From Basidiobolus meristosporus CBS 931.73 (lineage: Eukaryota > Fungi > Basidiobolomycota): a DNA stretch of 64,000 nucleotides. The first letter of the stretch is position 1; each line of letters opens with the position of its first letter. The position numbers and the translations under genes were made by a program. This document shows, one piece after another, positions 22,668 to 33,095 of the stretch. The stretch lies in assembly GCA_002104905.1 (NCBI GenBank), contig MCFE01000045.1, positions 1 to 64,000 on the forward strand, written 5' to 3'. The notes below the pieces were generated by a model that made no database searches, was not told the DNA's origin, and was given only the letters and a program-made list of their open reading frames with translations.

Positions 22668-23940
22668 ATGTCGGCTCGAGTATCCGTAGAGAGAGCAACT
22701 CGTAATCGACTCTATAAGAGCTCTCCTCTGGCAAAAAACATTACTATGCAAAGCAACATCATAGATAATTTAGGTTGTGGTGAATGTAGCCGTTCATCTG
22801 ATCACCTAGTGAAAGCTCTCCCAAGGCGTGCTAGCATAGTGATAGAGCCAATAAATGTAGTTGCTCCACTAGACACAGAAGAAGAAACGGATCACATAGA
22901 ATCTGCCGAAGGTCTCCAAGAAGATTTCTTCACTCAGCTTGAAAGTTTAGATTGTAATGCTCTAAGCGCTATATCTACCAGTAATCCCACATTCAACAGT
23001 ATGCTAAACGAGAATACCTCACATTCATTGACAGGCATGTGATATTCTAATAATGTCCCGTGCTATTCTTCTGTTGCACTTATTAAACCCTATAAAACGC
23101 CAATATAGAGCCAAAGCAATGCACAGAAACTTTAATAAGGCAAGAGACTCCGAAACCGTGCCTATCTGAGAAACGTGAAAAATGTGAAGTTTCTTTCACC
23201 GTTACCATTATGCTAGTCTAATTTTTCAGCATCGTTCACTAGCGACCTGGCTTGACAAGCAAGCTGAATTACATAGCAAAAGCCAATCGATAATTAGTGA
23301 TACATCGTGCGAGCTTTCCAATGAAAAAGGAGTATCTGGAAAAATCCGGACAGCGAACTCTCTTTTGATTGATGATACAGAGGATCCTTTTGGCTTCACC
23401 GTGGCTGAGAAGCGAATCAAGATGAAAAAGAAACAAATTTCACAGATTTCCGAGACCCTGATCACTCCCCCATTGAATGAATTAATTGTACACTTGAAAA
23501 TTCCATCCCCAATGCAGGACCAAAATGAAATATCCTGCGAAGGTGTATCCTTCAGACCCTCCAACACGGAGAGTAATGATGAAGCACCATTACTTCGGAA
23601 AAGGGAAAATCAGCGTCACACCACGAACAAGAAATGTAGTAGAGAACCTTTTGTGGAAATAATTGTCAAGGTGCGTTCATCTGAATCCTTGGTCTTTCAT
23701 GCAACCACAATCTCAAGAGCTCGAATTTATTATAGGCTTCGGGAAACAATCGAAAGCGAAATCAAAAACGAAGAACTAGAGGTAAACAAGCATTGAAGAT
23801 CAAAGTAGGAGATACATTATATTTGATTACTACAAGATTCTTCTAATATTCATTAAAAGATGAAAGGGGAGAAGGTTGAACAGTCTCTCTACTTCAGTGA
23901 GATAGACAAGTTCAAGCTAGCTGAGGAATACGTATATTAA
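22668..23940 (+). CDS. Sororin-like cohesion regulator (FGF motif plus C-terminal Sororin motif); multi-exon
   Basis: Model: 22668-23034, GC-AG intron 23035-23108, short exon, exon to 23670 carrying DPFGF (FGF at 23389-23397), exon 23736-23804, last exon 23860-23940 MKGEKVEQSLYFSEIDKFKLAEEYVY*. The last two junctions are canonical and in phase; the 5' exons are less certain. Confidence 0.7.
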
Positions 23941-24207
23941 TATATTTGCAAAGATGTAAGATTAATTGTACCCTCCTTTGACATCAATAAACTCATCATT
24001 CACAACCCTATGGAACTAGGCAGTGTAATAGCACAGGTATCCATTTATTCTTAGACGGTAATTGTCTGATGAACCTGATACTCGGTATATCACAGAGTAG
24101 AAGCAAATTGGGGACAAAGTTGGGCACACTCACGGAAACAAAAGGAAATGCTGGGAATCTCTTATTGGGCGTATCACTCTGATTGAATTGCAGGTATTTA
24201 GTCGGAT

Positions 24208-25440
24208 TCACGAGTTGAGGTACTGATCATAGAGGGCCCTTCTTACTATCCCAGTGAAGCCATATAATATAGCATTGGTAAGGCCAGTAAGCTGTGGAAT
24301 CGATTGAAGCAACTCAAGCGTGAAAAGGCCAATACCAAGAGTCTCCAACAGACGGATAAGTAGTCCTGGGAGGGTGATTATCACGTACACCAAAGGGTAT
24401 AAGTAAACCCTCCTCATAGCCATGGCGATCTGTTCGTTATTTTCCGTGGAGAACTCCGGTTTCATGCTTGACTTTTCTGGAGCATCAATGGACTCATTTT
24501 CCGGCAGATTTTTGATGTGGATGCTCACTACCACTAGATTTCCCTCGCTTGATTTATCGTTACCATTCAATAGCATCGTGTCGTACAGCAGTTCACTGTT
24601 TGTGAATTGGCCATCACCGAAAGCTTTTCGCCCCAACCCTTTTGCGTCAAAATAACCGGTATCCATTTGGCGGGTCGTTTTGTAGTAGACACGTAGGCTG
24701 CCATATAGATAGCCATATAAAAGAGCAATTGATACAATAATTACAAAGGGGATACCAAGAGATAGCACTGCTCTGATCCACACAGGATCACGCGGCACAC
24801 TGCACCAGTTCCCACTATCTGTACAGAATGAGCAGGTTAGATATTATTGAATGAGGGCAAAGGCTGAAATTGGTACCTAGTGTGAATCCACTAAATTTAT
24901 ACCCAACGAGCGCTGAAATATTTGGAGCAAGCCATATAAACGTGAATACAACAACTCGGTGGCGAGTCAAAAGCGGTTCATAGCTGGCAGAATTAAGCGG
25001 CCCCTTCAAAACCCTGATTGTCACCAATGCAATTGCTAGGACGGTGAAGTCTCGGGTCTTCAAAGCATTAGTTATCAAGTCGAGGTAGGAAGTAGCGGCT
25101 GTCAATCAGCCCTTACCAGAGAAGAGTATTGATAGATGTATCCATTGATAGTACAAAACGCACCGACAGGGATGTTGCCGTTAATTATCAGCAGAAGACC
25201 TGATATGGAGTTGTTTAAAGAATAGATGAAGTCTAGGCCAGGGAATCCATGAGTGAGGTGACCTCGGATTTATGGACGATTGGACATTCACGTACCAGAT
25301 ACAGCCAAAGAGCATATCAGTTGATGGCGGAAGGTTCCTGTGATGGGTAAGAACATACTACAGACGACCATGGAGCCACTGCCAAGCATGCTGAGCACAC
25401 TGCTCACCAAGATAACAATTTGAATAAGGAAAGGAGACAT
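24208..25440 (-). CDS. G protein-coupled receptor, Git3/cAMP-receptor-like; multi-exon
   Basis: Spliced MSPFLIQIVILVSSVLSMLGS...FRHQLICSLAVSDFIYSLNN...FCTING...GNWC...RRVYLYPLVYVIITLPG...GLTNAILYG; seven hydrophobic segments. Confidence 0.85.
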
Positions 25441-25635
25441 TCGCTAGATAGCTCTCAGGATAGCGACATGATTAGAATGAGGTGAGGAAGCATTGCCGCC
25501 CAAGTAAGATATAGACTAGCATCATATAAAACGCGGGTTTGGAGAAAATTTACCTAGATCGGGGATTAATCATCAAACCTTAACCGGGGTTTCGAGAGCA
25601 GTCATGTTTGCCTCGGATATTATTGAAGGCATCCC

Positions 25636-25703
25636 GGGGAAGCAGCGATAATTATCAGCAATCAAGTTTGGGGAAGCAGCGATAATTATCAGCAATTAAG
25701 TTT
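25636..25703. promoter_or_regulatory. 34-bp tandem duplication, each unit with palindromic GATAATTATC, about 200-260 bp upstream of the GPCR
   Basis: ggggaagcagcgataattatcagcaatcaagttt x2 (one mismatch). The repeat is seen directly; the regulatory role is inferred. Confidence 0.6.
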
Positions 25704-25924
25704 ATTTCTAACGATATTCTTTAATATACATGAATTAGTCAGCCCAGTTTAGCGATTTAAGGGTTGAGATGCTCTATGTGCAGTCAGGTTTTAGGATCTG
25801 CTCACGATATGCATTAAAATGATCCTGCTCGTGTGTAGCCCAAGATGGTTCGGTCTAGGTATGCGCTCATGTAACTCAGGATGGTTCAGTCCAGGTGTGT
25901 CAGAACGAACGGAGGAATATTCAC

Positions 25925-26691
25925 TCAGTAGTTGGTAAGTCTGGTTGTGAAGAGCTGTGATGAATTGATGGGTTGTTGCAAGGATTCGAAGTGGCCGATT
26001 GGGAAATAACCAGGCCTTCCCTTCCCTGTATCTTTGGCAGCGTACACGCTCTGGTAATACGATCTAGTGAGCTTGCCCGAGAACTCCTCATCCTCTATGG
26101 TGGGAACCGACGAGGAGTCCCAGTCATCTTCATCTGTGTAGGGCTCTTTTTCTTCCAACCGCTCCGATGATGATCTCTCACTACTATCATCAGACATCAA
26201 GTCTGCAGATACAAGATGGTGCGACATGAACTCCTGAAGATCATCATCCAGGAAATCGACTGAAATGAAAATCGGTTAGTTGAAAGTGATTCCGATGGGA
26301 ATAGATCCACCTTACCTAGGCTCTCCGCAGGTGTCATGGAAGGCTCGGGACGCAGTGACTGAAGATAGACCACGAAATCTTCTTTCAGATCGTCATGCGT
26401 GTAATCGGCCATCTCTGGATCGTTGCTAGCATCATCAATCGTCTCTAGATAGTAGTCATCCAACAGCTCTTCAAATATACTCCTGCTAGGTCGTTCTTCC
26501 AGCATTGCCGCTGATTCTTGGGACAGTGTGATGAGCAAATTGATATCGGCAGTCTGTAACTCTATAGGCTCTTTGGTAGGGATTCGAACGCTTCTCAGTG
26601 CCCGCTTAAACTGCTTCTGTAGGGATTTGTTCTTTCGGGTATTGTTGATGGTCTCCATGGACATTGCTCTTCGTAGCCTGTTGGTATTCAT
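25925..26691 (-). CDS. Hypothetical acidic protein, two exons
   Basis: The 164-aa and 100-aa ORFs join in frame through intron 26315-26260 (GTAAGG...CTAAC...TTCAG), giving ...SLVDFLDDDLQEFMSHH... Confidence 0.7.
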
Positions 26692-27329
26692 GCTTTAAAT
26701 ATTCGGAAGAACGAAATCAAGGACCCTTTCACAGAAGAAGTACCAGGAGAAGAGATGATGAGACTGGGTTGAGATTAGATTGGATTTGAAGTTGAATGGT
26801 TGGAGAGCTAGCTTGCTTAAATATCCATGAGGAGAGTTGTCCCTATCGATTCATTAACCCCTCTGCCAATCACCAAAGGCCCCTCCGCAACGACCAGAAT
26901 AAACCATGGGATTCTCTAGGTTTCCAATGGTTGACTGCATACATTTGTCATCGCAAAGGTGGTTATCTCTTAATCTCGTCCTGGTGTCAATGCCTCATCA
27001 AGCCTCAACCCACATCGATTGGTCAAGTGAAGCAGTGAAACTAGTCAAACGCAATCTCCGGTGGAGGGTAACCTTGATGATAGCCTGAACATCCGCTGCA
27101 CAATGTCTCGTGGTCAGGAATCTAGCTTGTGTTTGAGAGAAAGCGCGATGTTTCATGGCAAAGGAGAGTAGTGATGGATTGCGGGTAGCCGATGCCATAA
27201 ATAGCCCGTGAAACAATGTTGATTTATTAGTGATGTACAGTAGAGCATGGATCTATAGATAATCGAAGCGACAGGAGCGGAAGGGTGGAAATATCTTACA
27301 AATGAATGAAATGCATTGGGAAGCAGTGA

Positions 27330-28495
27330 TCAGGCCCAACGGCCGATCAGCGCCATGATCCCTGCCCCGGTCCATAGCGCAATGTAACAAGTGACCTTCA
27401 TTAGTTTGCTTTGCTTGATGAACTCTGGGCTGTTCTGAAACTCGACCGCTATCAGGTTCACAAAGGCCATGTAGATGAGAATGCCAGCACTGACGGCGTC
27501 GAAGATTCCGTTGACTAGTAGGGCGGTGGGGGAGTTTTCGTTGTAGCTACTGTGTATTCCCAGACCAATGGCTACTCCGATCGGAGTGATGACTGCGTAG
27601 AACATGGCTGTGATATAAGGGACCAATCGATTCGAGTACGTAAGCTCACCAATACGTGCCCCAAGTGCCAGCCCTTCGAAGAATTGGTGAAATACGATGG
27701 CACACAACAATGAATTGAACTCAGTGCCTGAAGTCACTCCGACTGAAATTCCAATCAACACGGAGTGCATGGAGATGCCAAATTCCAGTAAATACGTGGA
27801 GATTCTACGTTGTTGATCAGCATCTATCAGACCCCCATGGTGGCATCCACCATGGCCACTCTCGAGATTGTGTGTCTTCTCCAGGACGCCACTGGGCTCT
27901 CTCTCGACACTCAACGTGTCTTCACTGTTGGAGTCTACGGAGTCCGAGGTTTGCGCCTTGCCGAAATGCTGGCTAGCGGTAAACTCGATCAATTGAAGAA
28001 TCAGTGCGCCGAACATAGCAAACAGCCCGGCGTAGGCGGTGTAATTTTCATGGAAAGCCTCTGGAACACAAGGGTTGGTGAGCGCAAACAATGCACCAGG
28101 GAACATATGTATGAACCCTGTGGCCAGAATCACCCCTGTGCCGAAGTGCTTCCCAAGCGTTACAAAGTTGCGTCCCTTTGAAATATGTTTGAAGCGAGAT
28201 GCCAAGAGGGAGGAGAAGACCCCCAATGCACTGGCAATCAAGATAATGAATATGGCGGCAACATGCAAGGGCATGTTATAATTTCCTGCATCGCCTGCGC
28301 TGCAGCCATCCGATTCATGTTCATGCTCATGACTGGGACCTGTCGGGACATAAAAATCAGTAAAGGTGGGCTCCGAGCATGACGTAAGTGCACATTACCT
28401 GCATGTTTGGGTACGATGGTGACTTCTTGAGAAGATACAGGAGCGACGCTAAAGAAGATCAACGAAAGTATGGGCAGTAATGATGTTTTCGGCAT
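27330..28495 (-). CDS. ZIP (Zrt/Irt) zinc/iron transporter with signal peptide and His-rich N-terminus
   Basis: Exon 1 MPKTSLLPILSLIFFSVAPVSS..., intron 28398-28340, then PSHEHEHESDGC; FGTGVILATGFIHM, LEFGISMHSVLIG, FHQFFEGLALG. Confidence 0.95.
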
Positions 28496-29410
28496 CGCAG
28501 AGAAGTGGGTGGGGTTGAGGGAAAATAGTTGGGTTGCAGAGGAGCGTAATCTATAAATGCATGGCTGTCCGTGTTACACGAGTCCAATCTACGGGGGGTA
28601 GCTTGATGATGAATGAACAGCAAGAAAAAAACCCAATTTGGAAGGATAATTAACTCACCCAGTGTCAAATTCTCCATTTCCACCAATCATCTCTCCATTT
28701 CGATGATTTGATGCTCCAAGATTAAGGCCAACAAGGTCCTTAATATTCCCCTGTCCACATCATCTGTACCACTCATGATTGGCTCACTGGACTGATAGGG
28801 TCGCCGTCTACCTTGGAGGTACTCATGGATGATCTTGAGCACAGCTGGCTTCACATGGCCGGCTTTACTACTGAGTCATCATGGGCAGGCGGTAGGTGAC
28901 ATGTATCGAAGCGAAGAAGTGTACTCGCGTCCCTGAGTAAATATATACATAGAGCATCTTTTGAGTAGTAGATCTCCACCAACCGACATACTCATCTAGA
29001 TATGCTTAACTTTAAACCGAATACTAAACAGAAACAAGCCCTCAAGCATCCTAATTGGCAACTCTATACCCATCGATGTACTCGCCGGATTTGGCCCAAA
29101 ATCCACGTAATTCATTCTGGGCAATAGGAGACCCATACTTGGTCAACTTTCCCGTATTTCTCTTTATGGGTTTATCGGCAGATCAGTAACTCCCAGAAAC
29201 TTAGTATGGTAGGGTAGTTAAATTACCCAGGGAGGTAACATGGAGCGGATAAAAATGGAAGGCATAGTGAGGTACTATTGATCAGAGTACGGAAACCACT
29301 CGGTATCATTAGGAATTAGACAAGGCGCAACGAGGTACTGTTAATGAAAATTTATTTACAATTCGAGTCTATTTAGGGGGTAATAATCAATCGGCAATAA
29401 TCAATACTGC

Positions 29411-30073
29411 CTACAGGTAGTGGCCAGGAAGAAATATGGTGGTTCTTGGTTTGATGGCTTGACAATCGTTTGCCTGGTAATGGCGCTTTCTGGCGTCCAC
29501 CCTGGCAAAGCCCTTGTTGCAGAATGTGCATTTGTAGGGCTTATCCCCGGTGTGAAGTCTTGAATGTCTGTCGAGATCGTATTTCCTGGCGAACGCTTTG
29601 TCGCAGAAGGTGCATTGATATGGCTTTTCCGTGGTCGAAGCCTGCTTCTTGTTGGTCTCTGGGGTTATAGAGCGGGCACGCTTGCGGGTGTCTGATGCTT
29701 TAGTATCTTTGATTGGCTCCAGTTCAGCGGATAGACTACGCTTCATTCCGCGGGCCCGGCGGTTGGAGACATGCTCCTTGATGTTGGTTGAATCGCAGTT
29801 GACGAATTCAAAGGTCGAGGCGCTGGTGGAAGTGGAAGCGGTGGTTGCGTCATCCTGGTTATCCCACCCCGGAATGCTACTCGTGTTCAGCAGCGATAAC
29901 AGAAAATGGTTGAGATCGTGATCGAAATTCAGGTTCGATCCTGGGAGTTGATGATTTGGAGTCAGCCAGGCTTGTTCGACAGGCTGCTCATAGAACAAAG
30001 GGAGGGAGAAATCGTTGAAACTCATGCTGGATATGGATACCGGTGGGTGGTATAGGCGCTGCCTTATATACAT
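29411..30073 (-). CDS. Two-finger C2H2 zinc-finger transcription factor
   Basis: CTFCDKAFARKYDLDRHSRLHTGDKPYKCTFCNKGFARVDARKRH; start may be the internal MSFNDF. Confidence 0.9.
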   Translation of the reverse strand: MYIRQRLYHPPVSISSMSFNDFSLPLFYEQPVEQAWLTPNHQLPGSNLNFDHDLNHFLLSLLNTSSIPGWDNQDDATTASTSTSASTFEFVNCDSTNIKEHVSNRRARGMKRSLSAELEPIKDTKASDTRKRARSITPETNKKQASTTEKPYQCTFCDKAFARKYDLDRHSRLHTGDKPYKCTFCNKGFARVDARKRHYQANDCQAIKPRTTIFLPGHYL

Positions 30074-31698
30074 TCGCGACGGGAGAAATTTTGATTTCGG
30101 TGGCCCAATTGATGAGGGGGGACTAAATTAAGCAAATCGGGCTATTGGCGAGCTCGGAATTCTCAGCTAGCTCCAGAAGGCATAAGCTTCGCTGCATTCA
30201 ACCCCAACCAAATCAGCTAGAGTGTGGAATATTAGCGGTGGTTAAATATAAACATTCGCATTGCCATCTAGGGGAATCTCGATTGGAGCTGATGTAATGG
30301 TGCGAAAAAACTGAAATCGCGCATGAACTGCTGCCGTGATATATCTGGCATATACACCCGCTAATTCAAACATACATATCTGGTATAAACATCCGCTATT
30401 TCCTATGAACACTCGACAGACTTTAGGAATTCTGCAGAGTGATCAGTGATACGTCGCACCAAGAACGATTCCATTCCAATCTTACCTATTTTGGGACGAG
30501 GTTGGTGATTTATTTGTGAGGATAGTGAAGCGATATTTCCACCAATGCGCGCCCAGCAAGAGCAATCAGCGTTTCTTGGAATTCTGAACAATAGATTTAG
30601 TTGTCCCGTATATTACATTGACTACTTAGTTGTGCTGTATATTACATTGACTAAATATGTGTTCATGATGATGCCAGTCAGCAGAACTTCATTTTGGCGA
30701 GCCAATCAACTGACGGATAGGCACCTGCCGATCGTGAGCATGGTGTTTGGATTCATTGAGGATGGATTCGTTGCTCTGTAAGATGGACCCACTCCCTCTG
30801 CACAACGAATGTATCACGGAGGGAAACACTGACCATTCAAAGCGACTACAAGAGGATGGATTGTAGAACAGGCTATAACACAGGAATCCCATGGGAATTG
30901 TTGCCATTTCCGGCGGTGGGGGAAGATCGGCAAGAGAATCCCAGCTGCTGCACATTGGCAGCAAGCAAGCCCCAGAAAGTGCAAGCGATGCCCAATCTGT
31001 CGAATCTAGAATAGTGCACACCACTTCAATTAACCGATGCGATCTATAGCCAGGCCTCCATAAAAACGGGTTCGGGTTTAGAACTACTATTGGGAGAATT
31101 GAATGCGGATGGCTGACTAAGTGAAAATAACCGAAGCTAAGCTCACCAAAGATGATGCTCGCCATGCCAAGCGCAGTTCTGCATATGGTATTAACGAGTT
31201 CCATATTCGAACCCTCGTAATTAATGTGGCTCAGGACCCTATATTCAGTCAAGCTCATTTGAGGGTGATGCTTGACTCCCTTCGCTACGTCTACTACATT
31301 CTACGGAGGCACAAGGTCGCGTATCCGAATAGAAATCAGATTCACCGGGTCCAGATAGGAGCTTTTCCACTGAGCCAATGAGAGTTACTCAGATGGAGGA
31401 CTTTCCAGACAACGTTACAATAGCAAATATGATATCGATGGTTTGTAATCACATCGCGAAACATACATTCTAGGTGGCATCGCTGGCATCACATACAATC
31501 TAGGTAATATCGCAAGCACATCGTGCGTGAGAAGCTGAATTGAACAATCATAGATGAGTAAGTCTTAACTAATATGGCCTTTATAGTAATGACATGATTT
31601 CGAGTTGCTTTACTTGTCCAGAGTGTCCTCTCATACCTTGGGTTATCGGGAGATAAAGATGAGGATGATAAGGTAGAGCCATAGCATAGGGTGCCGCT

Positions 31699-32463
31699 TT
31701 GTTATATAAAGACAATGGAGGCAACCCCGGACCTTCAATGAGCCCGCTAACAACCCAGAGTCTTTCAAACATGGGATGGGACTTCTACTTTCCTAATGCT
31801 GCTGGCGACAGGTCCTACCTTCAGCTGGATTACGCTGCCATCGTTGATCAGACACAGATGACTTGGCCCAACTCATTAATCGACTCATTGCTAACCAATT
31901 CCGAACCTAGTCATGATCCCTTGGTGTCACGGCCTGTGAACCAAGACGTGTACAATCCCATGATACCACCCGATCTCCTCGGTGAGAATCTTCCCTTGCT
32001 ACAGGCTTCGTTTGATCGCACACAGCAATTTGAGTTCATCCACTGTAATACAGAATTGATCAATGCTCCCTCTCGAAAGAAGCGTTGCCGGAGCCAACCC
32101 AAGCCTGAGGAGCACGAATCCAAGCTAAACCACATCTCACATATCCCATCCCCTCCGGACACTCCACCGCCGGAGCTTGACTGCTTCTCGGATAGAAAAT
32201 CCTCCAGCGCACCGAATCAATCTGACGACCCCAAGAAGCTGAACAGGCCCAAAGACCGGACTTACCCATGTGATTTTTGTCAACGAGTGTTCGCACGAAA
32301 GTATGATCTAGAACGGCATCAGAGATTGCATACCGGATACAAGCCGTACAAATGCGTCTATTGTCACGAAGGTTTCACCAGGGTGGACGCACGTCAGCGA
32401 CATTACAGAAGCCACAGCTGTAGACACCCCATTATCATCGTACCCCCTCCCCCGTTGTCTTGA
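31699..32463 (+). CDS. Two-finger C2H2 zinc-finger transcription factor, divergent from the previous one
   Basis: CDFCQRVFARKYDLERHQRLHTGYKPYKCVYCHEGFTRVDARQRH; start may be MGWDFYF. Confidence 0.9.
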   Translation: MLYKDNGGNPGPSMSPLTTQSLSNMGWDFYFPNAAGDRSYLQLDYAAIVDQTQMTWPNSLIDSLLTNSEPSHDPLVSRPVNQDVYNPMIPPDLLGENLPLLQASFDRTQQFEFIHCNTELINAPSRKKRCRSQPKPEEHESKLNHISHIPSPPDTPPPELDCFSDRKSSSAPNQSDDPKKLNRPKDRTYPCDFCQRVFARKYDLERHQRLHTGYKPYKCVYCHEGFTRVDARQRHYRSHSCRHPIIIVPPPPLS

Positions 32464-33095
32464 CCCTCAGCCTCATGTTACTGGCACTGACACTGACAAG
32501 AAATTGTCGAAATTCAATGTAAAATACCTCGGCAATACTGTAAGATCCTGCTTCGAAATAATCCATTTCTCATCAATCTCTGCTTGTCCAATATACTTCG
32601 CCTGATCGGAACCAGTGAGACAAAATGGAAACATGGAGCCAGAGCCAGAGCCAATTGGACATACGGTTACACTGGCCTTGGCTGAAGGTGGGTTGTTACC
32701 TGGATTGGGCGAACCGCTATCTAGAAATGGCCATATGAATTCCGAATCGATTGCATTTGGGTGGCGTGCTGGTCTGTGAGTGATTGGAACCTGGGATTCG
32801 TGGCAGTGCGCTCTGTTTGTTAATGTTGGGGATTATCAAGATCCCGGAAAGCCGGTCTTCGATCGGCCATCACCCGGTCATCGCCGGTATTTTCATGTGA
32901 TGTTCCAGTATGGGTTTGTTTAATGTCCACATCTATTAAGTCCGGTGAATTACTAATTTAGGCGAGGGCACTGGCAATGATTATGACCGTATTACAACTA
33001 TACAACAACTGGAAGCGTGGTGGTGGTGGTGGGGGGGGGGACATGTGATATTAGAGATTAAAAATTTCGACGGAACCGTCGCCTCACATATCTAT

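Noticed and set aside
30689-31381. 189-aa and 86-aa ORFs between the divergent zinc-finger genes
   Set aside because: No recognisable domain or consistent exon structure; may be chance ORFs in promoter DNA, though a real gene is not excluded.
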